The notes under the pieces were generated by a model that saw only the letters and a list, made by a program, of their open reading frames with translations, was not told the origin of the DNA and did not search any database. From positions 43,441 to 107,440 of the forward strand of contig JAYQVH010000005.1 of assembly GCA_038148375.1 (NCBI GenBank): 64,000 nucleotides of DNA, read 5' to 3'. The translations under genes were made by a program, and so were the position numbers. This DNA is from Rhodospirillaceae bacterium (GTDB lineage Bacteria > Pseudomonadota > Alphaproteobacteria > Rhodospirillales > Rhodospirillaceae). This document shows, one piece after another, positions 22,683-31,969 of this stretch. Numbering within the stretch: the first letter of the stretch is position 1; each line of letters begins with the position of its first letter.

Positions 22683-24173
22683 ATGTTGAAAATTCGCCGC
22701 ATACCGATCGATACGCTTGGGGAAAACGTCGTTTACCTGTCCGACCTCTGCCAAGTCTATCGCGTCGACGCATTCAAAGGCGGCAACAAAGTCGAAGTCG
22801 GTGCCAGCGGACGCCAGGTCATAGCCGTCATCAACGTCGTTCACGGCAATCATCTCCTTGAACCGGACGAAGTCGGGCTTTGCACCGACGCTTTCGAAGA
22901 ATTGGGACTGAGCGAAGGTACGCAAGTCGTCCTGAACCCGACCTTGTCGCCGGCCAGCATGGATTACGTCCGCAATAAAGTTTACGGCCAAACGCTCACC
23001 CGTGCCCAGTTGCTGGAAATCGTCACAGACATCGCCGGGCACCGGTACTCTCGCATGGAAATCACGGCATTTCTGATGGCCTGCGCCGCGTTCATGACGA
23101 CCGAGGAAGTGCTCGATCTGACGCTTGCGATGGCCGAGGTGGGCAGCCGCCTCGACTGGAAGCAGGAGATCGTCGTCGATAAACATTGCATCGGCGGCTT
23201 GCCCGGCAACCGCACGTCGATGATTGTCGTGCCCATCGTCGCCGCGCACGGACTGCCCATTCCGAAAACCTCGTCACGGGCGATTACATCTCCGGCGGGC
23301 ACAGCGGACACCATGGAAGTGCTGGCCAATGTCGATGTGCCGATCGACCGCATGATCGATATGGTCGCGGAGATCAAAGGGTGCTTGGCGTGGGGCGGTC
23401 ACGTCAATCTGTCCCCGGCGGACGATATTCTGATTTCGGTCGAGCGGCCGCTGGCCATCGACACGCCGGAACAGATGGTGGCGTCCATTCTGTCCAAGAA
23501 AATCGCCGCCGGATCGACGCATATGGTGATCGACATGCCGGTTGGGCCCACGGCCAAGGTTCGCTCGCACCACCAGGCCGTGAAGCTGCGCAAACTCTTT
23601 GAATTTGTCGGTCACGAAGTGGGCCTGAATTTGGACGTCGTGATCACCGACGGGACTCAGCCCATCGGCAACGGCATTGGCCCGGTGCTGGAGGCGCGCG
23701 ACGTTATGGCGGTCCTGCGCGGCGAAGACTCAGCGCCGGCTGACCTCCGCGACCGTGCGCTTTTGCTGGCGGGACACGTGCTCGAATTTGATACCAGCCT
23801 TCATGGCGGCGAAGGTTTCAACAGGGCACGCGAGTTGCTCGAAAGCGGAGCGGCACTGCGGACGATGGAACGGATCATGGACTATCAGGGCCCGCCGCCG
23901 GAGGCGTACGCGCTCGGCGAGTTGTGTCACGCCGTCACGGCGCCGGCCAGCGGCGTCGTGACGGCCATTGATTGCTACCGGATCGCGCGCATCGCGCGCG
24001 CTGCCGGCGCACCGGTGTTCAAGGGCGCGGGACTTGATCTGCATCGCAAGGTCGGCGATCCGGTCGAGCGCGATGAGCCTCTGTATACCCTTTATTCCGT
24101 GATCGAATCAGACGCCGCGAATGCACTGGCGATGGTTGAGGCGGACAACGCCTATGCCATTCAGGCGATCTGA
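22683..24173 (+). CDS. thymidine-phosphorylase-family protein of the long, archaeal AMP-phosphorylase-like type
   Basis: About 496 aa from the ATG at 22683. It has an extra N-terminal domain (MLKIRRIPIDTLGENVVYL...GTQVVLNPTLSPASMDYVRNKVYG). This precedes the glycosyltransferase-3 core (DKHCIGGLPGNRTSMIVVPI, TSSRAITSPAGTADTMEVL). Confidence 0.8.
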   Translation: MLKIRRIPIDTLGENVVYLSDLCQVYRVDAFKGGNKVEVGASGRQVIAVINVVHGNHLLEPDEVGLCTDAFEELGLSEGTQVVLNPTLSPASMDYVRNKVYGQTLTRAQLLEIVTDIAGHRYSRMEITAFLMACAAFMTTEEVLDLTLAMAEVGSRLDWKQEIVVDKHCIGGLPGNRTSMIVVPIVAAHGLPIPKTSSRAITSPAGTADTMEVLANVDVPIDRMIDMVAEIKGCLAWGGHVNLSPADDILISVERPLAIDTPEQMVASILSKKIAAGSTHMVIDMPVGPTAKVRSHHQAVKLRKLFEFVGHEVGLNLDVVITDGTQPIGNGIGPVLEARDVMAVLRGEDSAPADLRDRALLLAGHVLEFDTSLHGGEGFNRARELLESGAALRTMERIMDYQGPPPEAYALGELCHAVTAPASGVVTAIDCYRIARIARAAGAPVFKGAGLDLHRKVGDPVERDEPLYTLYSVIESDAANALAMVEADNAYAIQAI

Positions 24174-25075
24174 TGACGGTGCCGGCACAAAAGGTTGGCG
24201 TCGTAGGGTTCGAGCAGGACGCCCAAGCGGCCACGCGGTTGGCGCAGGCGCTGACCTGCGACTTCGGGATGATCGAACGTCACACGTTTCCCGATGGGGA
24301 GTCGTTGGTGCGCGCGCCGGAGTGCCCGGAGACAGTCGTGCTGTACGCCGCTCTTGATCGCCCCAACGCCAAGATCTTCGATCTGTGTCTGGCGGTGGAC
24401 GCGCTGCGCCGCCGCGGTGTCCGACGCATTGTGCTGGTAGTCCCCTACTTGCCCTACATGCGCCAGGACAAAGCGTTTCACTCCGGCGAGGCCGTGAGCC
24501 AGCAGGTGTTGGGCGCACTGCTGGCAGGCCGGATCGACGGCCTTGTAACCGTCGATCCCCATTTGCACCGGGTGAATGACCTGCAAGAGGTGTTTACAGG
24601 ACTTAAGACCGCCGCTGTCTCCGCCGCGCCGTTGGTCGCTCAGGCGGTTAAAACTCGCCTCGACAGCGGCCGCGCTGTTGTGATCGGGCCGGATGAGGAG
24701 TCCACGCCTTTGGTGCGCTTGCTCGGGGAAGCAGCGGGTTGCGCGTGGATGGCCGGGACCAAACGTCGCAGCGGCGACCGCCAGGTCGAGCTGACTCTCC
24801 CTGACGAGCCCAAACTGGCCTGCCGGACGGCGGTGATCTTCGACGATGTCGTGAGTTCGGGCACCACGGTTTGCGCCGTGGCTCAAGCGGCAAAGGACGC
24901 GGGCGCGGCGGAGATACTGGTCTACACCACCCACGCATTGTTCAGCGGTGAGGATGAGGCGCGCATGCGGGACGCGGGAGTGGCGTCGTTCGTTTCATGC
25001 GATGGCGTCCCCCACGCCACAAACGGCATTGCCCTTGCCCCTGTTCTGGCTGAGGCTGTTCAGTCATGTCTGTAA
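24173..25075 (+). CDS. ribose-phosphate pyrophosphokinase-family protein (Prs-like)
   Basis: 300 aa with VVPYLPYMRQDK and the PRPP-type loop VIFDDVVSSGTT. The start overlaps the upstream stop (TGATG). Confidence 0.8.
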   Translation: MTVPAQKVGVVGFEQDAQAATRLAQALTCDFGMIERHTFPDGESLVRAPECPETVVLYAALDRPNAKIFDLCLAVDALRRRGVRRIVLVVPYLPYMRQDKAFHSGEAVSQQVLGALLAGRIDGLVTVDPHLHRVNDLQEVFTGLKTAAVSAAPLVAQAVKTRLDSGRAVVIGPDEESTPLVRLLGEAAGCAWMAGTKRRSGDRQVELTLPDEPKLACRTAVIFDDVVSSGTTVCAVAQAAKDAGAAEILVYTTHALFSGEDEARMRDAGVASFVSCDGVPHATNGIALAPVLAEAVQSCL

Positions 25076-26703
25076 CTCTGACCTTTCACGGTGCATGCGG
25101 CATTGTCACCGGATCCTGTTTTCGGCTGAGCACCGCCAAGGCGACCGTGCTGATCGAATGCGGGTTGTTCCAGGGGACCAAGACGGTGCGCAATCTGAAC
25201 TACGGGCCGCTGCCGTTTGACCCGAAAAGCATCGCCGCAACCGTGCTGACCCATGCCCATATCGATCACTGCGGGCTTGTGCCCAAGCTGGTGCGCAGCG
25301 GGTTCAAAGGCGATATCTTCGCGACACCCGCAACCGGCGATCTGCTGAGTTATGTGCTGCCCGACAGCGGTCACATCCAGGAAATCGAAGTCGAGCGCCT
25401 GAACTGGCGCAATCGCCGGCGCGGTCAACCGCCGGTGTCGCCGATTTACACCCGCAAGGATGCCGAAGACGCGCTCTCCCGTATTGTGCCCAAGGAGTAC
25501 CAGGAGTGGTTTGACATCGCGCCGGGCATGCGCGGCCGGTATTGGGACGCCGGGCATATTCTGGGTTCGGCCAGCCTGGAACTCGCCGTCGAATTACCCG
25601 ATGAAGACAAACCGCTGTCGCTTCTGTTTTCGGGAGATATCGGGCCTGGCGGTAAAGTGCTCCATGACGATCCCGATGCGCCGCATGACATCGATGCGGT
25701 GATCATGGAGACAACGTACGGCGACCGGGAGCGCGATGATTTAACACCGGAGCAACGCCGCGCTCACCTTGGCGATGTCATTCAGCGGGGACTGGGAAAG
25801 GGGGGCCTTATTCTGATTCCCTGTTTCGCCGTCGAACGCACCCAGGAGCTGTTGGTTGATCTCGACGCATTGTTTGATTCGCGTGCGCTTCCCGAGGTGC
25901 CAGTTTACGTCGATTCCCCACTGGCAACGCGTGCGACCGAGGTATTTGACAGACATCTGGAAGACCTCGCCGATGATGGACCAACCCATCCGTTCCGGCG
26001 CGGCAACGTCCGGTTCGTCAAAGACGTCGAGGAGAGCAAGGGTCTCAGCCGCCTGAGCGGCGGGGCGATTATCATGGCCGGCAGCGGCATGGCCGATGCG
26101 GGCCGCATTCGCCATCACCTGCGCAACAACCTGCATAAAACCAATACGACCGTCTTGCTGGTCGGCTATCAGGCGCCTGGGACGATGGGACACTTGCTGT
26201 GCAACGGGCGCAAGATGGTGCGAATTCACGGTGAGGAAATCTCGGTCAAAGCCGAAATTGTCATGATTGACGAGTATTCCGGTCACGCCGACGACCGTGC
26301 GCTGTTGGCATGGCTCGGTGACAGGCTGCCGGTTCACAACGACATCTTCTTGGTCCATGGCGAGGAACCGTCCCGCGTGGCCTTCGCCGCGGCGGCACGG
26401 GAACGCTTTGGCGCGGATTTGCCGCTGCGGTTGCCGGTGATGGGGGAGACGGTCAGCCTGAGCAAATCCAAGCCGGCCAAGACCCTGGCGAAACGGCCTC
26501 CGCTCATCGATCCGGCGGATACGATCGCGGATTGGCACAATATGTATGCGGAGACGATATTGGCCCTGCGTCACGCTCTGGAGGCGGCGGCAAACGATAA
26601 GGAACGCCGTCATCTCTTGGAGCGCATGGCGAAGGTGATCGGCGACAAGCGCTCACATGCAAAGGACCGCCGGACCGTGCGGAGCCAGCGCAAGAAGGGC
26701 TAG
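25066..26703 (+). CDS. MBL-fold beta-CASP hydrolase (RNA-metabolising metallo-beta-lactamase family)
   Basis: 545 aa with THAHIDHCGLVP (HxHxDH), METTYGDR and DEYSGHAD motifs. It overlaps the upstream gene by 10 nt. Confidence 0.8.
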   Translation: MSVTLTFHGACGIVTGSCFRLSTAKATVLIECGLFQGTKTVRNLNYGPLPFDPKSIAATVLTHAHIDHCGLVPKLVRSGFKGDIFATPATGDLLSYVLPDSGHIQEIEVERLNWRNRRRGQPPVSPIYTRKDAEDALSRIVPKEYQEWFDIAPGMRGRYWDAGHILGSASLELAVELPDEDKPLSLLFSGDIGPGGKVLHDDPDAPHDIDAVIMETTYGDRERDDLTPEQRRAHLGDVIQRGLGKGGLILIPCFAVERTQELLVDLDALFDSRALPEVPVYVDSPLATRATEVFDRHLEDLADDGPTHPFRRGNVRFVKDVEESKGLSRLSGGAIIMAGSGMADAGRIRHHLRNNLHKTNTTVLLVGYQAPGTMGHLLCNGRKMVRIHGEEISVKAEIVMIDEYSGHADDRALLAWLGDRLPVHNDIFLVHGEEPSRVAFAAAARERFGADLPLRLPVMGETVSLSKSKPAKTLAKRPPLIDPADTIADWHNMYAETILALRHALEAAANDKERRHLLERMAKVIGDKRSHAKDRRTVRSQRKKG

Positions 26704-27004
26704 CCGAGCCTCTTGCGTCATTGACGTAGGCGGGCGCCATCCAAGGCCCATGAGCTCTAAAACTTCTATTTATAACAGTGGGTTATCGGGGCTTTTTTAC
26801 ACAATGTTCAAAGACCGTGGCAGGCCGTGCATGGGGTCGTTCGACGCGGAGTCCCGCATTGGAACAAAATTCTACGATTGACGCTGTTCGCAGGGGCGTT
26901 CGCCCACAAACCTGGCCCTTGAATTCCCTTTGATTTTCCAGGGCCGACGCTTCATCATCCCGACATAACAAATCCGCATCGACACCAGCTCAGGACACCG
27001 CTCC

Positions 27005-28195
27005 ATGCTCGACCGCCGTACTCTGTTTGGCGCCACAGCCGCCACATCCGCTTTCGTCTCCTCCCTGTTCAAGGGCCGCGCGCCGAAAGCCGCGACCAGC
27101 GCTGCCGTAACCTTCCAGGATGTCGAGAAGCGCGGCACCATGGGCCGCCTTGAGCGTCTGCCGGCGCTGGACCTCGAAAGCAGCCAGGACTTCCTCACCG
27201 GCTTCCGCAACTTCGTCAACCGCGACATGCGCCAGGTGACCCTGCGCCGGTTCACCAAGCTGCTCGAAGCCAACGGCCTCGATCCCAAGGAAGATCTGTC
27301 CATGGAGGTCGTGTTGCCGCTGGTCGAGAAAGACCCGATCCTGATGATGAGCGTGCGCGGCTGGGTTTCAAATCAGCAGCTGACCTGGAAGCAGGTTCAG
27401 GATTACTTCCACGCCAATGCTGAGACCTACCTCGCCGAGATGGAATCGGCCGATACCTCCGGACCGGGCTCGCTTGAACTCAATCCGGGTGTCGAGCCGG
27501 AATACACCAAGCATGAAATTCACATCCAGCCGGGTGGCTACGTCGGCGACGAATTCGCGGGCTATATTAACTACTACGGCGTCAATAACTTCTATGGCGG
27601 CAGCAACTACAACGACGAAGTGCAGGCGTCGATTGCCGAGCGGGTGCAGACTCCGCCGGACGGCAAGGTCAACCGCATCCTCGACATCGGCTGCGCCACG
27701 GGCCGTCTGACCATCGCGCTCAAGGACCGCTTCCCCGATGCCGAAGTCTGGGGTCTGGACGTCGGCGGACCGATGGTCCGCTTCGCCCATACCCGCTCGG
27801 TCGATCTCGGCAAGGACATTCACTACGTTCAGCGCCCGGCTGAGGACACCCGGTTCCCGGACAATCATTTCGATTTGGTGGCGGCCTATATCCTGTTCCA
27901 CGAAGTGACGTCGGAAGCCCAGGATCAGATCGTCGCCGAAGCCATGCGCATCCTACGTCCGGGCGGCGTGTTCTTCCCGATCGATTTCCGGACCGGCAAG
28001 CAAGCCGGCAAAGGCGACGCCTACCGCGCGTTCTCGACGTGGTGGGATCATCGTTTCAACGGCGAGCCCTGGCGTTTAGAATATGCGTCGCGTGATTTCG
28101 CCGACGTCATCCGCAGCCACGGCTTCGAAGTCAACGAAGACATTCCGGCGGCCCGCCGCGGCCACGGCGCCATCATGGCGGTCAAGCCGGCCTAA
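27005..28195 (+). CDS. Tat-signal class I SAM-dependent methyltransferase, paralog D (396 aa)
   Basis: Leader MLDRRTLFGATAATSAFVSSLFKGRAPKA. Motifs ILDIGCATGR, EVWGLDVGGPM, FDLVAAYILFHE and LRPGGVFF. Same overall architecture as paralogs A-C. Confidence 0.8.
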   Translation: MLDRRTLFGATAATSAFVSSLFKGRAPKAATSAAVTFQDVEKRGTMGRLERLPALDLESSQDFLTGFRNFVNRDMRQVTLRRFTKLLEANGLDPKEDLSMEVVLPLVEKDPILMMSVRGWVSNQQLTWKQVQDYFHANAETYLAEMESADTSGPGSLELNPGVEPEYTKHEIHIQPGGYVGDEFAGYINYYGVNNFYGGSNYNDEVQASIAERVQTPPDGKVNRILDIGCATGRLTIALKDRFPDAEVWGLDVGGPMVRFAHTRSVDLGKDIHYVQRPAEDTRFPDNHFDLVAAYILFHEVTSEAQDQIVAEAMRILRPGGVFFPIDFRTGKQAGKGDAYRAFSTWWDHRFNGEPWRLEYASRDFADVIRSHGFEVNEDIPAARRGHGAIMAVKPA

Positions 28196-28224
28196 AATTT
28201 ACCCGTCAGCACGTAAAACACATT

Positions 28225-28259
28225 GAGCCCCGCCACGAAAGTGACGGGGCTCTTTGTTT
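28225..28259 (+). terminator. probable Rho-independent terminator after paralog D
   Basis: gagccccgccac-gaaa-gtgacggggctc stem-loop (one mismatch) followed by tttgttt. Confidence 0.6.
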
Positions 28260-28328
28260 CCGGCTGAGGCCGCGGGGAGGGGTTGGGTCGCCTCACGCCG
28301 GACGGGGGTTGGACTGCTGGCGTCCCCG

Positions 28329-28808
28329 TTAGTCGGGATCGGTGTCGTCGACACTGTCGCTGTCCGCAAGTTCCAAGATGCCAAAGGTGGCCAAGGCGAG
28401 ACCGCCGGCGACGACGAACCAGCCTTGCGGTCCCATGCCGAGGACCGAATGCCGGGTGCCGTCGGGATCGTCCAAACGTGACGGCAGCAATGACCTGTTG
28501 GCCAGTTGCACGTCATCAAGGCCTTGCGCTGTAAAGCTGACGTTCATCAGCTGCGGAGAGTCGAACATCAGTCGCAGGTTTTGACTGCGGCCGCTGATGG
28601 GCATCTGCGAGAGCGCAAAGCCATATTCCGGCCCGGACTGATGGTCTTCAGCGTGGAGCGGTACTTTGAAATACACCATGCCGGTCGTGCCGCCCCGGAC
28701 ATCCCAGGCGTTCATCGGATCGAAATCGGCGGCGGAGGACTGGTTCGTCCACGTCAGGGCGATAGTCAGGCTGAAGAGAGTCGAATAGATTGATTTCCGG
28801 TTCATCAT
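28329..28808 (-). CDS. exported hypothetical protein with a C-terminal hydrophobic helix and acidic tail
   Basis: Signal peptide MMNRKSIYSTLFSLTIALTWTNQSSA. C-terminus GWFVVAGGLALATFGILELADSDSVDDTDPD. No recognisable family. Confidence 0.5.
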   Translation of the reverse strand: MMNRKSIYSTLFSLTIALTWTNQSSAADFDPMNAWDVRGGTTGMVYFKVPLHAEDHQSGPEYGFALSQMPISGRSQNLRLMFDSPQLMNVSFTAQGLDDVQLANRSLLPSRLDDPDGTRHSVLGMGPQGWFVVAGGLALATFGILELADSDSVDDTDPD

Positions 28809-28881
28809 TTAAATCTCCTATGTGTGAAGAATAGGGTGGGGAACCAATTTCCAGATTGGTTCCCCGCAGCGGTGATTGGAG

Positions 28882-30147
28882 TTACGGCGTGAAGAACTCG
28901 GTGAGTTCGATGCGGATGAGAGTTTCTTCCTCGTCCTCATCTCCGTCTTCTTCCTCGCCTTCCGCGTCAGGGTCGTCCGCTTCATCACCGTCGTCTTCGC
29001 CGGCATCCTCTTCATCTTCCGGTTCGACGGCTTTGGTTTCGAGGATCATACCGACACCAGGCGCGTAGTACTTCAGTTCGGTGACACCGGGTTCGAGCGG
29101 GGTGTAATCGCGGGTGACCAGGCAGGTGCCGGCACACATCGCCGCGGGCACGACCGCTGACCCTTCGGTATCGACGATGTCAGCGACATCCTCAGCTTCT
29201 GACACCAAGTACTCTTGGCGGTAGGTCAGGCCAGTCATCGGGTTGGCAAACATCAGGATGCCGGGTTGCGCGCTGTCGACACCGGCGGTCCACGATCCGT
29301 CGATATCGACGATGCGGCCGTCTTCATAATTCAGTGCGATTTCGCCGAAGTACCAGACGTTGCCGTCCAAATCCTGAGCGTAATAGTCCCTGGTGTCTTC
29401 GATCTCGACGCCGTCTTCGGTGACGAGGTCACGCACCACGACAACAGGAACATCCAGGATTTCAAAGACGTCTTCGGTGACCGTCACCTGAATGACTTCG
29501 CCGTCACCTTCGTAGGTCCACATCGTGCCCGCGACCAGGGGAAAGTAGGGGTTCGGATCGACGGTGACGCCGATATCGGCAGGATTGACGAAGTTCTCGG
29601 GGTCGATTGAGACTTCGAAGCGGGACTCGCCGAGATTGCCGCAGACGTCTTCGCGGGCTTCAAGTACGGCTTCGCACTCTTCCGTCGTTTCCTCAAAATC
29701 TTCGTAGGCGAAGTGACGGCAATCCGCGTGACCGATGGGATCGCTAACGTTCGTGCAATTCGACTGCGCCGTCCAGAAATCGTCCGCCGCATCGTAACCG
29801 CACGCGACATACGCGAGACGGGCCGTCTGGGTGCAAAACGCGGGGTCCGCATCGCTCTCGTCGGTGACGTCTTCCGCGAATGAAATGAGGTCCGCGACGA
29901 CGGCGTCATACGCGTCCAGCTGACCATCCAGATCTTCGATGATGTCGTCCGCATCTTCGATGTCCATTTGCACACCGTCGAATTCGTCTTCGAATTCATC
30001 TGCATGTGCGCGCAATGACAGGGATACGATTGCGGATAACATCACCAAAACGGCAAACACATTCAGAGCCCACGCAAGTAGATATCCCTGTGACTCGCCG
30101 CCTCGTGACTCCGTCCGCCGGCGCTTAAATAAATTATTGAGTTTCAT
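28882..30147 (-). CDS. highly acidic, Cys-containing exported or membrane-anchored hypothetical protein
   Basis: 421 aa. N-terminal basic stretch plus TM (KRRRTESRGG..YLLAWALNVFAVLVMLSAIVSLSL). Eight Cys residues. Poly-acidic C-terminus EPEDEEDAGEDDGDEADDPDAEGEEEDGDEDEEE. No recognisable family. Confidence 0.55.
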   Translation of the reverse strand: MKLNNLFKRRRTESRGGESQGYLLAWALNVFAVLVMLSAIVSLSLRAHADEFEDEFDGVQMDIEDADDIIEDLDGQLDAYDAVVADLISFAEDVTDESDADPAFCTQTARLAYVACGYDAADDFWTAQSNCTNVSDPIGHADCRHFAYEDFEETTEECEAVLEAREDVCGNLGESRFEVSIDPENFVNPADIGVTVDPNPYFPLVAGTMWTYEGDGEVIQVTVTEDVFEILDVPVVVVRDLVTEDGVEIEDTRDYYAQDLDGNVWYFGEIALNYEDGRIVDIDGSWTAGVDSAQPGILMFANPMTGLTYRQEYLVSEAEDVADIVDTEGSAVVPAAMCAGTCLVTRDYTPLEPGVTELKYYAPGVGMILETKAVEPEDEEDAGEDDGDEADDPDAEGEEEDGDEDEEETLIRIELTEFFTP

Positions 30148-30335
30148 CGTCTCGCTCCTTCAGCTCGATTTGAATTGTCGCGAAACCGGAAGGATGGGCC
30201 GGCCCCAAGTCCTGTGGTCTCGATACCTAGACGGCACCGGAGCGGCGTCACCTCCATTTTCTTTTCTCGGACAGAGTCGTCCGCAACCGCGTGTTGCGGT
30301 AGGATAGCCAAAGGGCAGAGGAGAGAACGCAGGGC

Positions 30336-30851
30336 ATGAACGATGACAGCCAGTTCCAGGCGGTGATCGCGTCGTTTCAGCCGCTGTTGCGGCGCTTCCT
30401 TGTTGCCCGGCTCGGCAACGAAGCGGATGCCGACGATGCCCTTCAGGACACATTGATCAAGTTGCATGCCGCCATGGCCGGCGGTGAGATCGACAATCCA
30501 AAAGCGTTCGCGTTTACGATTGCGCGAAACGTGTCGGTGGACATTGTCCGCCGCTCGGCGCGCGCCAAATCGCGTGACTCGGCGTACGGGGAAACACAAA
30601 CAGAGCGGGCAGGGGATGATTTTGTCGACCGCCAGCCCGGACCTGAACAACAGATGTCCGGCCGGTAACAGATCGACCTCGTCTTGAATGCCTTGGACGG
30701 ACTGTCGCCCAAGGTGCGCCGGGCCTTTGTCCTGCATAAAATCGACGGGTTGTCCTACGCGGAGGTGGCGGACCGCATGGGATTGTCCAAGAGCACAGTA
30801 GAAAAACACATGATCAAGGCATTGCGCCGGGTCGGAGAGGTGCTGCGATGA
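30336..30851 (+). pseudogene. ECF (FecI-like) sigma-70 family factor interrupted by an in-frame TAA at 30666-30668
   Basis: Region 2 lies in the track ORF (LLRRFLVARLGNEADADDALQDTLIKL, AFAFTIARNVSVDIVRR). It ends ...EQQMSGR*. The same frame continues QIDLVLNALDGLSPKVRRAFVLHKIDGLSYAEVADRMGLSKSTVEKHMIKALRRVGEVLR* (TGA at 30849-30851), which is a complete region 4. Confidence 0.8.
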
Positions 30852-30960
30852 TCGGATTCACCTATGTGACTGGCCGCCACATGGAGGCGGGACGGCGTCG
30901 GCGGCGTCTATACCTTGAAAGCGCGGGTCTTCTCGAGACCGGTGCGGTGAGACATGAGAT

Positions 30961-31965
30961 ATGACGGAACATGAACGCATAGAGGCCGAAGCGCTTCATT
31001 GGGTCGAACGCATGAATACGGGCGACCTGTCCGACCAGGACATGGAAGCCTATGTGGAGTGGATGGAGGCGGACTCCGCGCACGCCGATGCGTTCCGGCG
31101 ATTGGATGCCGCCTGGATCGCGACGGCAGACGCTGCGGGCGACATTCGTGCCCGATTCGGACCCGAAGCGCGGGCGGATGACGCGCCCTCAAGCCTGTCG
31201 GCCGCAGTTCTGGCGTTCTTGCGTCCCGGATTGACGCCGCGGTTCGCGGCGACTGTTGCCGCCGCTGTGGCGATCGTAATCGTCGCGCTACAACCGCCGG
31301 CGCCATCATCGACCGATATCATTGCTTACCGAGCGGGAGCGGATGTGCGCCGGGATGTTGAGCTTGACGACGGTACACGTGTGACGCTCAACGTGAATGC
31401 CGAAATGGCGGTCTCTTTTGACTCCGGTCAGCGCAATGTTCGGTTGCGGGCAGGTGAGGCCTATTTCGATGTGGCGCGCGATGAGTCCCGGCCGTTTGTC
31501 ATCGAAGCCGGTGACGGCCGGGTTGCCGTTCTCGGCACCGCCTTCAATATGCGTCTGACCGAGCATGGGTTTACCGTCGCGGTTACGGAAGGACGCGTCG
31601 CAGTCAGCCCGACACCGGATCTGCCCGATGCCAATTCGCAGGTTTTGACACCCGATCAGGCGGCGGACGTTGACACCCGCATCGCGGCTTTAACATTGTT
31701 CCCCGTGGATGCGGACGCGATCTCGGCCTGGCGCCGCGGACAGCTCATCTACCGGGATGCTCCGCTCGCTGAGGTGATTGGCGATATTTCCCGGTATGTC
31801 GGCGCAAACATCGTCCTGGATGATTCTGAACTCTCAAGCGAACTATTTACCGGCGTCCTCACCACCGATGTGCCAGATGCTATGGTGGAACGCCTGATTG
31901 AACTGATGGACCTTCATGCCGTTGCCGACGAAAGTGGGACGATCAGTATCTCGCGCCAAAAGTAG
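30961..31965 (+). CDS. FecR-family anti-sigma factor / transmembrane sensor
   Basis: 334 aa. N-terminal EAEALHWVERM..WMEADSAHADAFRRL anti-sigma motif, a central TM segment, and a FecR domain (TLNVNAEMAV, LRAGEAYFDVA, GTAFNM). Confidence 0.85.
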   Translation: MTEHERIEAEALHWVERMNTGDLSDQDMEAYVEWMEADSAHADAFRRLDAAWIATADAAGDIRARFGPEARADDAPSSLSAAVLAFLRPGLTPRFAATVAAAVAIVIVALQPPAPSSTDIIAYRAGADVRRDVELDDGTRVTLNVNAEMAVSFDSGQRNVRLRAGEAYFDVARDESRPFVIEAGDGRVAVLGTAFNMRLTEHGFTVAVTEGRVAVSPTPDLPDANSQVLTPDQAADVDTRIAALTLFPVDADAISAWRRGQLIYRDAPLAEVIGDISRYVGANIVLDDSELSSELFTGVLTTDVPDAMVERLIELMDLHAVADESGTISISRQK

Positions 31966-31969
31966 AGTC

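Noticed and set aside
28882-29030. Short-period GA/GAC-rich repeats (also at 59270-59335 and 48230-48290) that look like tandem repeats.
   Set aside because: They are in frame and encode poly-Asp/Glu tails of real ORFs. They have no regular repeat-spacer structure, so they are not a CRISPR array or a VNTR.
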